DNA from: Macrostomum lignano | Taxonomy: Eukaryota | Length of the DNA stretch: 64,000 bases | Assembly: GCA_002269645.1 (NCBI GenBank) | Contig: NIVC01003832.1 | Span: forward strand, 10,590 to 74,589 | Reading direction: 5' to 3' | In this document: positions 12,901 through 26,050 of the stretch, piece after piece | How positions within the stretch are numbered: position 1 is the first letter of the stretch | How the letters are laid out: each line of letters opens with the position of its first letter | Position numbers and translations under genes: made by a program | The notes under the pieces: model-generated | The model's database searches: none | Seen by the model: the letters and a program-made list of their open reading frames with translations, nothing else | What the model was told of the DNA's origin: nothing

Positions 12901-15900
12901 ACACCTGGAGTAGACAAATGCTAATAGCAATAGACACCTGGAGTAGACAAATGCCTAGTAGCGATAGACACTTAGAGGAAATAAGTGGCTAATAGCGATA
13001 GACACCTTGAGAAGACAAGTGGCTAATAGCGATAGACACCTGGAGTAGACAAATGCTAATAGCGATAGACACCTGGAGTAGACAAATGCTAATAGCGATA
13101 GACACCTGGAGTAGACAAATGCTAATAGCGATAGACACCTGGAGTAGACAAATGACTAATAGCGATAGACACCTGGAGTAGACAAATGCTAATAGCGATA
13201 GACACCTGGAGTAGACAAATGCTAATAGCAATAGACACCTGGAGTAGACAAATGCCTAGTAGCGATAGACACTTAGAGGAAATAAGTGGCTAATAGCGAT
13301 AGACACCTTGAGAAGACAAGTGGCTAATAGCGATAGACACTTTGAGGAGACAAGACGCAAAGGTGCGATAAACCAGCGATGATCTAAAGGTGAATGACTG
13401 TTGAAAATCACGAATAGCCCGTTGATATTCAAAATCAACAGCAAACTCGGACTGAGACCGCTCTCTCGCCGCCCTTCACTCACCGTAATCCCTCGGACTG
13501 CCCTGCTGCTGCTTGCGCATGCTGCCGACCCGCATGGGGCCCATGACCGGCACCTGCTGGTGTGACGGCTCACTTGGCTCAACGCTGGCCATGCTTTGCA
13601 TGCAGGAAGAATATCCTTGTCGCCCGTGACACTTGCCTCCTCCCCGTGAGGCGGTGACTGGAGTATAGGGAGACGGGTCCTTAACTCCTTTTTTAGGCGG
13701 AAAAAAGAAGAAGAAATGCTTCTAAACTGTTCTTCGCCTGCTGCTCCTGGGCTGAATCGACTCAGCCTTGGCTAGTGCTTGCTTTTGAGAGGATTTAGGG
13801 GGATCTGCCGGGTGGCCGGAATGGCTGGGTGGGAGAGAAGGACAGGGGCGGCCGCCTCGGCACCCAGTTGGCTGGGAGAGAAAGCGAGAGACAGAGAAGG
13901 CCGGGACTGCCGCTGCTGTGGAGTCTCTTCTTGAAGTGCGCCAGCGGTAGCAGCAGCAGCAGCAGCAGGGCGGCAGAAGAGCCATTTTTTCTGGAATTTG
14001 ATTTTCTTGCATTTGACTCCCCTATCGCTCAGGTGGAGAGGAGGGGAGACCAAAAATGGGTGGGGCAGAACAAGGGAGAGTTGCGAGGCAAAGACTCAAG
14101 CCATTCTGGGGGGGAAGTTATGTCCGGAGGAGCGGGCACAGAGCGGCCACCGTCCTCCCCACCTGCACTAACGCGCTATTGCTCCGATTTCCTGTCACGT
14201 GATCCTAAACTGCTGCGCTCCTCTCCGCGGAACTCACTCCCCGCCCAGTGGGCGCTCACGCAAGTCGCGGTCGTCAAGAGAGGGGGGAGGGCAGAAAAAA
14301 AGATAATTGTTAGAGAAAAACGCGATCTTGTTTTTCCTTTGGAAACAGCTGCCGCCGCAGTGGAGGAAGAGGAGGTCACACGGGGACTCAGCTGCGTTCC
14401 CTGGGTGTGCGCAAACTTACTCACCTGTCCCCATCAGTCTGTCCTCCTCTTTTTAGCCACATACGCGTATTTGCAGAACCAATTCATCTGAAATTAATGC
14501 TCCATGGGGGGAAAGAGGTTTTTTGCCCAAGTGCTGATGAGGTTGGACCAATTAATTTACTGCCCCACCGCCCCCGACCGCGGCTCTGAAAGAAGAGAGG
14601 CGGGAGTTGCTGGAATATTGAAATGCATCTCATATCAGAGTTGGTCTGTTTGGCCCACTCTAATAAGATAGATCATTGTATTCTGGTTCATTCGACTGCA
14701 AATCGGGGGGGGGGGGGAGTTGGGGGGATTAGAGGGAATAAGCAGCATACGAAATGATAAGTATGGGCTTTGACAATGTCTCTAAAAAATGCCCCGGCCA
14801 CGCGGGCAAAATGATTTCCTCTGCAGCTGCTTCGGCTATATGGTAAAGAAGGGAACTCTGCTTCAACTTCGACTCACTCTGAGCATGAGCTCCATATCCC
14901 AGAGCACTATCATGGCTGTTGCTAGGACAGCATTGACTCAACCCGCCCCGTTCTCTCTGAGCCACTCTAAGCTCATTCCAGCCTTCCCAGTATGTTTTAG
15001 TGGCTTAATGCTTAAATTACTCCGGGCTGGGGTATCGGCGACCCCCTGCCGATCCTCACAGCCGGTCTTGAGTGGCGACGTGAGCTGAACTTTCCCCCAT
15101 GCGAGCCCTCTCCCGCCCCGGCATTCTGTCCTCTGTGCGGCCGCCCGCATGGCAACTCCTCACTATCCTGGCAAAGATGAGGCGCAGAGGCTGAAACCTG
15201 CTGATTTCGCACTTAGAAAGTTTCTTTTCTGCCGCTGCTTCTTTGTTGGCGCAGGCGGAAGCGCAGAATGGCGCTTCAGACGGATCGAAGATCTCGCATT
15301 CACTTGGCTGAACTGCCAGGACTCAACTGGGGCGCATAGCTGTCAATCAATACTTGCGGGGGCAGCTGGTTTCTCTCTGATCGGCAGCGCGCCTGAGCTG
15401 AGCTGAATTAGAGCAGCGAGCTTCACGCAGAGAAAGTGAGAAGTGCTGAGCGAGGGAAAGCTCAACATAGAATAGGCTGCACTGGCTGCATAGCTGCAGC
15501 AGATTAAGTTGAGAGCTAATCCGCAACATCAAGTTTCTGCAAGATTGCTGACTCTAACCCTCTAGCAAACACACCCACACACACACAGTTCAGCAACTTT
15601 AGTTCTCCAACAGGGTGCTTGGAGCAGAACTGTTTTCCTGTTTTCAAATCCAGCAATAGACCATCGAAAAATATGATTTTCGCTAAAATTTTTGCTACGA
15701 GTAAAAACTTACTGGCTCGGTGGGGCTGGAACAAACAAGATTTTTAACTCCATCTAGTTGCGTGAAATAACAAGAGGTTGTTAGCTCCATCTGGGTGCGT
15801 TAACCAACAAGAGGTTGTTAGCTCCATCTGGGTGCGTTAACCAACAAGAGGTTGTTAGCTCCATCTGGGTGCGTTAACCAACAAGAGGTTGCTAGCTCCA

Positions 15901-18900
15901 TCTGGGTGCGTTAACCAACAAGAGGTTGTTAGCTCCATCTGGGTGCGTTAACCAACAAGAGGTTGCTAGCTCCGTCTGGATGGGTGAACCAACAAGAGGT
16001 TTTTCACTCCATCTGGATGCGTGAACCAACAAGAGGTTGCTAGCTCCATCTGGATGCGTGAACCAACAAGAGGTTTTTCACTCCATCTGGATGCGTGAAC
16101 CAACAAGAGGTTGCTAGCTCCATCTGGATGCGTGAACCAACGAGAGGCTTTTCACTTCATCTGGATGCGCATTCAAGACGTGCGAGTGAGGGCTCCAGAT
16201 TAAGGCACTAAGTGGTGTCATAAAGATGGCGTCATATCAATAAAGATATATGAAGTATTCTATTCACGGTGGCTCCACGTATTATACTTTTAAGGATTCT
16301 TCTAAGCGAAAATTGGTTTTTTCAGCAGCCGGCTTGCAGAAGTTCGTATTTTCAGGGTAACCTGACTGTACATTGCAGTCTAATTTTTATTAAACTGAAG
16401 CTCCGCTTACCATACTTGTCCATGCGAGTTCTCGCAAGTTTTCCAAGACACAACGGTCTCCAAGAGCTTTTGAGCGCGTGTCCCAGCCAAAAACTATTCT
16501 CAACTCAACGCGGTGCGTGGGCTTTTTAGTGATCGCGTCCAATGCCACTTGTAAGACCGACTGCAGCTGACAGTTGCCTACTTGTTGAGCAGGCAGCTCA
16601 ACTGTCAAGAACTCAGCGAAATAAATTGTATGCCTTTGTCTAGACACGAATCATACTCAGGGCAACATGGCCAGTGGTTTTCAGGGGTGCTCGAGCTTGG
16701 GGTCAATAATTGACGGGCTTTTATATGCAGCCTGGCTTCGCGCGACTCCAACCAGGCCTCCATCCAACCCCGAACTCCTGAGCGCTGAAATACGACGCCC
16801 AAGGTAATGCCGGAGACGACTCGCGATGCAAGTTATCCTGTCGTGGCGGAGTCCGCTTTCACCAGCGCCTCCCAGCTCAGAGCGGGTGGTGGGTGCTCAA
16901 AATTCGAGGCAATGCAAGAAAAAACTTTCTCCGAGGAACAGAAATTGCGCCGCCAGAAAAATTACCCACCCCCACTCGTTTCGCGTTCTCTCTAACCTGA
17001 ATTTAGCTTTTAGCGTTTTACAATATAATGAAAAAAGTCTTAATGCACCGCTATGAGTAGAATTATGCGCGTATAGATATTCTTTTTTTCTTTCTCAGTG
17101 GGCTACTGTTCTTGGTTAGGCCAAGCTCTATGCATCGCTGTTCATCAGGAGCCTGACGTTTTGAAAGTCGGAGAAAATTTACACCCTGGTCACCCGGGCG
17201 ACATCAGGGGCTTAGTGCAGGGGTTGGCGAACTCCGGCCCGCGAAGCCTCTCTATCCGGCCCTCGGGTCCTTTGAAACTTCACAATATAGCAATCCGGCC
17301 CGCTCAGGGCTTGTCTTTTCTCAGTTGTCTTTTCTCTAATCTCATATCTTCTCTTTTCTCTAGCCTCTCCCCTCCCTTCTCTCTCTTCTCTCCTCTCCTC
17401 TCGTCTCCCCTCCCTTCTCTCTCTTCTCTCCCTTCTCTCCTCTCCTCTCGTCTCCCTTATCTCCCTTCTCTCCTCTCCTCTCGTCTCCTTTCCCTTCTCT
17501 CCCTTCTCGCCCTTCTCTCCTCTCCTCTCCTCTCCTCTCCTCTCCTCTCCTCTCCTCTCCTCTCCTCTCCTCTCCTCTCCTCTCCTCTCCTCTCTTCTCC
17601 CCTCCCTTCTCTCCCTTCTCTCCTCTCCTCTCATCTCCTCTCCCTTCTCTCCCTTCTCGCCCTTCTCTTCTCTCTCCTCTCCTCTCCCCTCCCTTATCTC
17701 CCTTCTCTACTCTCTTCTCCCCTCCCTGATCTCCCTTCTCTCCTCTCTTCTCCCCTCCTCCCTTCTCTCCTCTCTCCTCTCCTCTCCCCTCCCTTCTCTC
17801 CCTTTTCTCCTCTCCTCTCCTCTCCTCTCCTCTCCTCTCCTCTCCCCTCCCTTATCTCCCTTCTCTCCTCTCTTCTCCCCTTCCTGATCTCCCTTCTCTC
17901 CTCTCCCCTCCCTTATCTCCCTTCTCTCCTCTCCTCTCCCCTCCCTTCTCTCCCTTCTCTCCTCTCCTCTCCTCTCCCCTCCCTTCTCTCCCTTCTCTTC
18001 TCTCCTCTCCTTTCCCCGCCCCTCCCCTCCTTCTCTCCTCTCTCCTCTCCTCTCCTCTCCTCTCCTCTCCTCTTTTCTCCTCTCCCCTCCCTTCCCTCCT
18101 TTCTCTTCTCCCTCCTCTCCTCTCTTCTCCTGTATTTTCTCAAGTCCTCCACTTATCTCTCTTCTCTATTCCCTCACCTCTCTCCCCTCCTCTGGTCCGC
18201 AGTCATGCGCTAGATTCTCAATCTGATCCTTCAAGTAAAGTTTGCCGACCCCTGGGTTGGCGCCAGCCCCCAGAAAACCGGCTAGCTAGTAGCGACATAG
18301 CTAAGCCATTCAGAATGTCACACAAGTCAGTCGCATTATATGCTAAAAAGACAAGAGTTGCTAATTCAGTTAAAAAATCTCCATACTTCATACCGGATTT
18401 GCGCGAGTTTCACTTAATGACTGCACCAGTGCATCAATTTTGATAATTGCTGCTCCAATTAATAGCTCTGAATTCATCCCTATTATCTCTCTAGCGCTAC
18501 TCATGGAATCTCTATGTAATTCTATCTAGATACATGCCGTGTTCTTAATCCAGGCCCTACACAGTGTAGCATCAGACATCAACAGCCTCATCGACAAGCT
18601 GCAAACACATCGTTGTCAAACAGAGAGAGAAGTTTGGAGCGCAGAGACGGGAGACACGCCCTGAACGAGTCAAGGATGCATAGAGAGCAGCAGGAGAGCT
18701 GCTCCGAGCGTATATTAAAGGGAATCATGGTGACAGCAGGCCCATGGCGTCGGGAGAGCCATCAATCACGGCGCTGAGGGCGAGGGCGAGGCTCCGCCCT
18801 CGAGCTAGTAGTTGCCCAGCGAAAATGAGAGAGAGAGAGACCGACCTGCTCTCGATCGAGTCGGACAAGGGGGAGCCGAGCGCTCTCCGCCTTCTCGCAA

Positions 18901-21900
18901 CTGCTTTGGCGTCAATGCGGCACCCTACAATGGCCTGTGCGCCTTCCCAACTCTGCCTCCCAGCTGGCGACTTCATTTCATGATGAAAATGATTTGGGGT
19001 CTCTCTCTCTCTCTCTCCCTCCCTCTCTGACGCTTTCTGATCACGTCGAGGGCAGCTGAGGGGGGGGGGTTGGTTGAGGCAGGGACACCGGCAGCGGGAA
19101 TAAAAAAAAATAATAAATCCCCTTTTCATAGCCAACGAGGCGGCTGCCATAAATCCAGACCCGGTGGGGCCTTTGCACAAATTATTTATGATGATTTTGT
19201 ATTAGCTAGCACCTCGCAGTTGCCGTACATGATTATAAAAACTTCGATTATATGAATTGATTTACATGGAGATTGACTTTTCTGACCCTGCTAGCGTGAA
19301 TTAGATAAATAGTGGAGAAACATTGGATTGACTTACAGGCGTACATAACGGATTTGAAGGCTAATTCAAATTCTCTAATAACAATAACTTTTCTTCCCAT
19401 TCACCTGTGCCCTCATCTTAAATTTCATAATTAATTAATAAGAAATTCGGGAATGTCATTTTTTCAAACACAATTGAGCTTTGCAAAGAAAACTCTATAC
19501 CTGAGAATTATAAATAATTAAAGAAATTCTCCTCTAACAATCCTATCAGTGGTAATCCTCTGTTCGGGGGAATCCATTGGGGGAATCCTCCGGTCATGGG
19601 AATTCCATTGGGGGAATCCTCCTGTCATGGGAATTCCATTGGGGGAACCTTCGTTTGGGTGAATCCCATTTTGGTAATCCTCTATTCGGGGGAATCCCAT
19701 TGGGGGAATCCTTTGCTAGGCGAAATCCAATCGGGGGAATCCTCTGCTCGGGTGAATCCCATTGTGGCAATCCTCTGCTCGTTGGAATCACATTCGGGAA
19801 TCCTCTGTTCGGGGCAATTGGGAGAATCCCATTGGGGGAATCCTGTTGCTGAATCCTCTGCTCGGGGGAATCCATTGTATGATAAAATGCTGGGAATCCC
19901 AATTTTTTAAAGCCTGCCACGATAGCGTTTTTTTCAATTTTCAACTTGCAACACACAATGAGTTCATTCATGAAATGCGTTATGGCGAAGCGCTATTGAA
20001 CACAAGGACCACTAAAAACACTTCATTATAGCATAGTCTAGTAGTCCTTGATAAAATATTGAGCAATTAATATTGAGCTCAAAGCTTGGTCCACGTTGAA
20101 CGTCTGGCGCTTAACTAAGCGGAAAATCCTCTTCACCCAGGGGATTTTGTCCCCTTTTTGTCTCTCTCTCTCTCTCTCACCTTTTGATTTCCCAAAAAAA
20201 TCTTTTCACACACCCGATCCTTGCCTCTGCTTTCGCCTACTTCTCTCGGCTCGCTTCACTTGCCACTTTTATAGATGGAACGAGATTTCGTTGCCAGGGA
20301 ATTAAGGCCGGGGTGGCAACAAAGGAAAACGGAAAGAAGCGGCGAATTCCCAGCTGGTTCGATGGGAATTGCTGGCTGTCTGCCTGCCCTTCATCCTGGG
20401 TTTTTAATCGTCCTGAGGCAAGACGGAGAGGTGAGCCCATCACCCTGCCTCGGCAAGTCACTTCCCAACTTTTACTTTTCCCCTTCCGCAGCTGGAAATT
20501 TCTGCTTCTTTGCTCTCGCCGACAGCCATTATTTAATCCTGCTGGGGATTACCATCAGCCCGCTGCCTGCCTGCCTGCGCCCGGCTTCCCTTCACAGACT
20601 GGCAATTTTCACTGCCTGCGCCTTGCCTTTGCTTCCGCGGCTTCTGTTCAAACTTGCTTTGTTAGTTTGAGTCAGTTTGAGAAGGAAACGGACTGCATGC
20701 GAGGCAGTTATAATTGATCTTAATATGCATCTATCCATGTAGATCTGCAGTTATTACAGCTAGAGCTCTGATCTATCCATGTAGATCTGCAGTCATTACA
20801 GCTAGAGCTCTGATCTATCCATGTAGATCTGCAGTCACTACAGCTAGAGCTCTGATCTATCCATGTAGATCTGCAGTCACTACAGCTAGAGCTCTGATCT
20901 ATCAATGTAGATCTGCAGTTATTACAGCCAGAGCTCTAATCTATCAATGTAGATCTGCAGTTATTACAGCCAGAGCTCTAATCTATCAATGTAGATCTGC
21001 AGTTATTACAGCTAGAGCTCTGATCTATCAATGTAGATCTGCAGTTATTACAGCCAGAGCTCTAATCTATCAATGTAGATCTGCAGTCACTACAGCTAGA
21101 GCTCTGATCTATCCATGTAGATCTGCAGTTATTACAGCTAGAGCTCTGATCTATCAATGTAGATCTGCAGTTATTACAGCTAGAGCTCTGATCTATCAAT
21201 GTAGATCTGCAGTTATTACAGCTAGAGCTCTGATCTATCAATGTAGATCTGCAGTTATTACAGCTAGAGCTCTGATCTATCAATGTAGATCTGCAGTCAT
21301 TACAGCTAGAGCTCTGATCTATCCATGTAGATCTGCAGTCACTACAGCTAGAGCTCTGATCTATCCATGTAGATCTGCAGTTATTACAACCAGAGCTCTG
21401 ATCTATCCATGTAGATCTGCAGTCATTACAGCTAGAGCTCTGATCTATCCATGTAGATCTGCAGTCAGAAGGTACTGTTGATAGCATTTTTGCTATTAGA
21501 AATTCGTAGAAAAAAAGAACTTTTGCCACGCAAACCCTGTCTGAATCTCGGTTTTATTCAGTAGTTTTCGAATGCAAGGCTAGTAGTGCACTGCGGCTTG
21601 CTGTTTAGTGGCCATCAGCCTGGCGTGTCTGCGCGCGTCAAAAACCGAATCGAGTCGGAGCTACTCTCGAACAAATCGAATGACCATGAAGCAGCAGCAG
21701 CACAGGAGTGCCTGGAGTGCCTGGAGACTGTCGGGGCCATATAATCCGCACAATTCGATCTTAGAGGCAACTGTTTCCCAGCGGTGGCGTGCCCCAGCTC
21801 CCAAAATGAGATTATTAGTTTTTGCCATTTGCTCTCGAATGTAGAGGGTTGGGCCATGCAGTATCAGGCAGGCAGCGAGATGGCGCATGAACTTTCTTAT

Positions 21901-24897
21901 CTATTGGCGTGGCGCACTGCAACTGCAGGCTGCCTTATTGCACGGCCCGAGGCCTGTACGCCAATGCTTCGGGCCCACTGGTCCGTCCCTAATAAACTTG
22001 AATAATTCAAAATAAGCGAAAGCGCCAAGCTCAGCTCAGCTCTCCAGCTGTAGTTACTATGCAAATCCCGGGATGCCCTCGCTGTCATGTCCGATAAATC
22101 GGCAGGCAGGCAGGCAGTGGGGTGGGGGGTGGGTCAGCCTTCATCTCTTATCATTTTCCCAAGCCAGATTTCTCCAGACGCTCGATGCAGATTTCGCATT
22201 CCCAGAAGCGACGTACGAGCGTAGTCTGCCGTTTTAAATTGAATTTTTTAAGTGAATCCCATCTCCTAAATTCAGTTTTGAGCCCCAGTTTCTGCCCTTG
22301 TTCTTGGCCCAGATTGCCTCCCTAGCGGTCTTGGCTTGCCAGCCTGGTAACTGACAGCTCTGCATGGCTGCATTTGGCTGGCTGTGTCACTGACAGCCAC
22401 TTCTTTGCGATTGTTCGGTCATTGAGAGTCACTTCTATGCAACTGTTCAGTCACTGACAGTCACTTCTATGCGATTGTTCGGTCACTGAGAGTCACTTCT
22501 ATGCGATTGTTCGGTCACTGACAGTCACTTCTATGCGATTGTTCGGTCACTGAGAGTCACTTCTATGCGATTGTTCGGTCACTGACAGTCACTTCTATGC
22601 GATTGTTCGGTCACCGAGAGTCACTTCTATGCGATTGTTCGGTCACTGAGAGTCACTTCTATGCAACTGTTCAGTCAGTGACAGTCACTTCTTTGCGATT
22701 GTTCGGTCACTGAGAGTCACTTCTATGCAACTGTTCAGTCACTGACAGTCAATTCTTTGCGGCTGTTCAGTCACTGACAGTCACTTCTTTGCGGCTGTTC
22801 AGTCACTGACAGTCACTTCTTTGCGATTGTTCGGTCACTGAGAGTCACTTCTTTGCGATTGTTCGGTCACTGAGAGTCACTTCTATGCGATTGTTCAGTC
22901 ACTGACAGTCACTTCTTTGCGACTGTTCAGTCACTGACAGTCACTTCTATGGTTCGGACTTCTCAGCGATGAAGGCAAGTGGCAAACAACTTACTGACCC
23001 ACAGAAACGAGAGTCCGGGTACATTTTGAACGCGTGAAGCTGCAACTTCAGACTTGCTCACTATAAGCATTTTTCTAGTTAAGAGCCAGGCAGAGAATAG
23101 GGCAAGCGGGGCAGGCACATGAGTGCCATAGAAAGCGGATTAGAAGAAGCACTCTGGGTCAGACCAAGTGTGGCTCTCGATTATCATGGCCCATCATTTC
23201 TAAAAGTGGTCTCGCTGTCCAGCCCAGAGAAAGTTTATCCCCTACGCCCTGGAAATGGTTGCAATAAGCAAATGAGGCAGGCCGGCATTGGCCCCGGCTG
23301 CAGCCAAAAGGCCGATTCCTGGGGGAAAAGTTCTCCTATTCCTCCCTGCCACTCCACTCCGCCTTCTCTACCCAGTCCGTGCAGCTTCTCCTCCCACAGC
23401 ATTAAAATATTGGCTTAATGACCGTCCCAGCCGGGCAACCATCATTCTAGGAAAATGAAAACTGCAAAACATTTCTCCCCTGCCGCTGCAACTGCAGAGT
23501 AAAGCATTGCATGCTCGGAATGCAGCTGCGGCTCTTCATCATCATTTACAGCGTAGAGACGGAGACTGAGCATTCGCTGTCTGCCTTGTCTCTCTCTCCT
23601 TCTTTCCTCGTCTCTATTGCCTACCCAGTAATAAAATAGAAATTTGAGGGAGGCAGAGGCAGACAAGAGGAGAAAGTAGCTGTAGTAGGACGCAGCTGCT
23701 GGGAAATGTCTGCTCGGTTTTGCGAGCACGGGTTCAGGTTCTCGAGTATCCGGCAAGATCTAGCCTACGCGGCTCAGTTGAAGAAACTTAACCGATGACA
23801 AATTTTGAGAGTCCAGCAGGTGGGACGGTCGAAATCTGGGGATTTTCTAGGGGTTTTTCGAATGCCCTGGATACTCTGGATGAATAATTATTATAGTCAG
23901 TTTTTTTCTTCTTCCCAGGGAAGCTTTGCGTGCTGACGCAACTTAGGCAACAGTGAAGCCGCGAGGCATCGTGTGTGCAAATACGATTCGCACAGACTTC
24001 GCACGCGCTCTATACGCCGTGTTGGTTGGCAGGCCTTCATTAGCAAACACATCTCACCGAATTACGAATGCGCATCAGAAATACAGAGTGGGGCATAGCG
24101 GACAGGAAATGGACTTGGATTATTACTAATTTGCCCCAATTGACAGACAATTTAATTCTATTACTCTCATTTCTGGGGCCAACATCGCTGTTAGTGTTAC
24201 GACTGCATGCGGCGGCCCAGAGCAAGACAGCGGAAGCAGGCGCATTTAGACGTTAATACTATAGCTATAAATAATAAAAAATAAACAGCAAGATGAGAAT
24301 CGATACGACTGTGCCCACTTGTGCTCCTGCATCTGCGCCACGGGCAACGGCGCATTCTATAAGCACTGAACGAACAAGGAACAGCGACACAAAGGTTGGG
24401 TGGCTGTTGGCTGCATGTCAGCGGCACAAAGAAGGAAGCCTGAAAAATTTGTGTGTGTGCGGCACGACTCGCTCTCGGGGGTAAAAAGAGGACAGGCATA
24501 GTGATATTCTTATGGAAAATGGGAATTGATAGAGAGAGAGAGACATAGGTAGGGCCGGAAGGTGCGATGAGGGTTTTGAGGGAGAAGATTACTCATTCAC
24601 ACGCACACAATTAAAGCTAATGCTAACAATGCACTCAGCAAGACCTGCTCAAGACAGCTTGTCCTGAGCGATCTTTTATTAATTATGCAGTGTCGCTTCT
24701 CAAGACACCCCATGGCCCTCCTGGCTCCGACTGCGCGTCAAACTGACGTCAAGCCTTGACAACCAATAGACCCTGGGGACTCATCAGTAATCCAGTGTGT
24801 GCTCCCCCCCCCCGAACTTACTGAGCAGGTCGATCTGCGGATCCACGACCGAGTACTTTCTCATCCTGGTGTGCGCCGGCTTGGCCTCTGGCGCCAT
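712..24897 (-). CDS. STOM: Stomatin / MEC-2-like SPFH (band 7) membrane protein, multi-exon gene, about 292-306 aa depending on first exon
   Basis: Exons join in consistent phase: [24822-24897 or 13484-13601] > 8258-8367 > 7482-7637 > 5737-5940 > [3092-3147 or 2934-2989] > 1497-1575 > 712-909. Translation contains stomatin hallmarks: GFCG..hydrophobic hairpin, [83 protein letters not shown]. The symbol is a family-level call. Confidence 0.93.
1095..1490. repeat. (CCCAGC/CTCAGC)n hexamer-type repeat in the last stomatin intron
   Basis: Direct reading. Confidence 0.92.
1497..1575 (-). CDS. STOM: Stomatin exon [26 protein letters not shown]
   Basis: cag acceptor 1578-1576, starts with 1 nt completing GTC; donor AAG|gtgaga; 79 nt. 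Confidence 0.93.
2405..2632. repeat. Minisatellite, unit about 43-45 nt (tatactgatcagctctagttcactc...)
   Basis: About 5 degenerate copies. Confidence 0.8.
2934..2989 (-). CDS. STOM: Stomatin duplicated exon B ([19 protein letters not shown]), putative mutually exclusive
   Basis: cag acceptor 2992-2990, gtaagt donor from 2933; 56 nt; same phases as exon A. Confidence 0.85.
3092..3147 (-). CDS. STOM: Stomatin duplicated exon A ([19 protein letters not shown]), putative mutually exclusive
   Basis: tag acceptor 3150-3148, gtaagt donor from 3091; 56 nt. Confidence 0.85.
3275..4425. repeat. Minisatellite, 30-nt unit (ggtcaaggcaatcgagggagagtcagggag) grading into a 27-28-nt variant
   Basis: Direct reading; source of ORFs 3264-4264. 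Confidence 0.95.
5737..5940 (-). CDS. STOM: Stomatin SPFH core exon ([19 protein letters not shown]...SNMMQ)
   Basis: cag acceptor 5943-5941; 204 nt = 68 codons; ends CAG|gcgagt (GC donor), the position required by alignment to stomatin MQ-x-x-LD. Confidence 0.9.
7482..7637 (-). CDS. STOM: Stomatin exon [15 protein letters not shown]...VPPQE
   Basis: cag acceptor, GAG|gtgagc donor, 156 nt = 52 codons. Confidence 0.93.
7745..8042. repeat. Minisatellite, 31-nt unit (cctcccccagtccatctgcgggttgccagct)
   Basis: About 9-10 copies. Confidence 0.9.
8258..8367 (-). CDS. STOM: Stomatin membrane-hairpin exon ([36 protein letters not shown])
   Basis: cag acceptor 8370-8368, phase-1 start, AAG|gtaagc donor; hydrophobic stretch with the conserved Pro. 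Confidence 0.9.
9340..9720. repeat. Purine-rich repeat (gggcggaagagacggaagaa-like)
   Basis: Direct reading. Confidence 0.88.
10045..10625. repeat. AT-rich minisatellite, 22-nt unit (ctgatcataaactgtttattga)
   Basis: Direct reading. Confidence 0.9.
11430..13350. repeat. Minisatellite, 33-34-nt unit (gacaaatgctaatagcgatagacacctggagta)
   Basis: About 55-60 copies, contiguous, no unique spacers. Confidence 0.95.
13484..13601 (-). CDS. STOM: Candidate stomatin first (or upstream) coding exon [39 protein letters not shown]
   Basis: ATG 13601, 39 codons + 1 nt, G|gtgagt donor; phase 1 matches exon 8367. Confidence 0.65.
15765..16170. repeat. Minisatellite, 37-nt unit (aacaagaggttgttagctccatctgggtgcgttaacc)
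   Basis: Period 37 checked (15781 to 15818). Confidence 0.92.
17325..18190. repeat. Polypyrimidine (TCTCC/CT)n low-complexity tract
   Basis: Direct reading. Confidence 0.93.
19530..19880. repeat. Degenerate repeat of gggggaatcc(cat/tct) modules
   Basis: Direct reading. Confidence 0.82.
20728..21465. repeat. Minisatellite, 42-nt unit (gatctatccatgtagatctgcagttattacagctagagctct)
   Basis: Gives the 14-aa periodic ORF 20714-21481. Confidence 0.95.
22390..22950. repeat. Minisatellite, 32-nt unit (gtcacttctatgcgattgttcggtcactgaca)
   Basis: Direct reading. Confidence 0.93.
24822..24897 (-). CDS. STOM: Candidate alternative first coding exon of stomatin [25 protein letters not shown]
   Basis: gccATGg Kozak-like start, 25 codons + 1 nt, A|gtaagt donor; phase 1 matches exon 8367. 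Confidence 0.6.
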
Positions 24898-25217
24898 GGC
24901 GATCGGTGCAGTCGGAGTGAGGCTATGGAGCTGCTAACACGCGCCGACGTTATGACGAATGGTGCGGCCCAATGCCCAGTGGCATTGCTCAGCTCGGGTG
25001 CTAAGATAAACACTTGGGACTCGAGGCCGCTTTTTATCAACTGGATTGTCTCGCTATCGTCCTCCGGCCCTCACTGCCCGGGCCGGGCCGCCTTGTCCCC
25101 CCGCTATCTATCCCCAGCCTCCCAGGGATTCTCTCCAATCCTTGGCAATCTCAGCCTCCCATTGGGTTGGGCCAATCCCTGAGCAGGTATGAAGGAGGGA
25201 TGGGATGCAGCTTGGGA

Positions 25218-25262
<45 letters not shown>
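25218..25262. repeat. (GA)n microsatellite
   Basis: Direct reading. Confidence 0.95.
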
Positions 25263-25264
<2 letters not shown>

Positions 25265-25582
25265 CGGGGGGGTAACCCTCGCTCTTATTTGTCCCGTCAC
25301 AGTGTTATAGTAGCCATGTCCGATACACCCTACTTGTGTCAGTAGCCGCTACAGAAAACATTAGGTCTGATAAACGACCCCTGTTTCCACGGAAAATATC
25401 CGAGACCTTCAGTCATCAGTTTCGGCTGCAGAGTCAATTTAGCAGGCCGGTAAGAGAATTGAGACTGTTTCCTAGAAATCACTTGCGCGGCACTTTTCAG
25501 CAACCCCGTGGGATTTCGGGGCCAAACTCGATTTCTCCTAGGTTTTCTACCGCTTGGGTGAGCTGGGGAAGTCTAAATTCCT

Positions 25583-26050
25583 GACTGACTGACTGACTGA
25601 CTGACTGACTGACTGACTGACTGACTGACTGACTGACTGACTGACTGACTGACTGACTGACTGACTGACTGACTGACTGACTGACTGACTGACTGACTGA
25701 CTGACTGACTTGAGTGATTGGGTGACTGACTGACTGACTGACTTGAGTGATTGAGTGACTGACTGACTGACTGACTTGAGTGATTGGGTGACTGACTGAC
25801 TGACTGACTTGAGTGACTGGGTGACTGACTGACTGACTGACTTGAGTGATTGGGTGACTGACTGACTGACTGACTTGAGTGATTGGGTGACTACTGACTG
25901 ACTGACTTGAGTGATTGGGTGACTGACTGACTGACTGACTTGAGTGATTGGGTGACTACTGACTGACTAACTTGAGTGATTGGGTGACTGACTGACTGAC
26001 TGACTTGAGTGATTGGGTGACTGACTGACTGACTGACTGACTGACTCGAG
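25583..26050. repeat. (TGAC)n microsatellite grading into a composite tgagtgattgggtgactgac repeat
   Basis: Direct reading. Confidence 0.93.

Noticed and set aside
11430-13350. Long 33-37-nt repeat arrays (also 15765-16170, 22390-22950) as CRISPR arrays
   Set aside because: Units are contiguous with no unique spacers, there are no cas genes, and the context is eukaryotic intron.
14419-14462. Perfect CAG|GTGAGT donor at 14424 as a stomatin first coding exon
   Set aside because: The ATG at 14462 gives phase 2, and the phase-1 frame has only three codons. It could at most be a UTR exon.
16390-16802. Minus-strand ORFs with faint resemblance to RT/RNase H fragments
   Set aside because: No catalytic motif (no YxDD, no PQG) could be identified; a profile search would be needed.
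22985-23025. Short ATG..TCA|gtaagt segment ([10 protein letters not shown]) on the minus strand
   Set aside because: Phase 0 does not fit exon 8367; too short to support.
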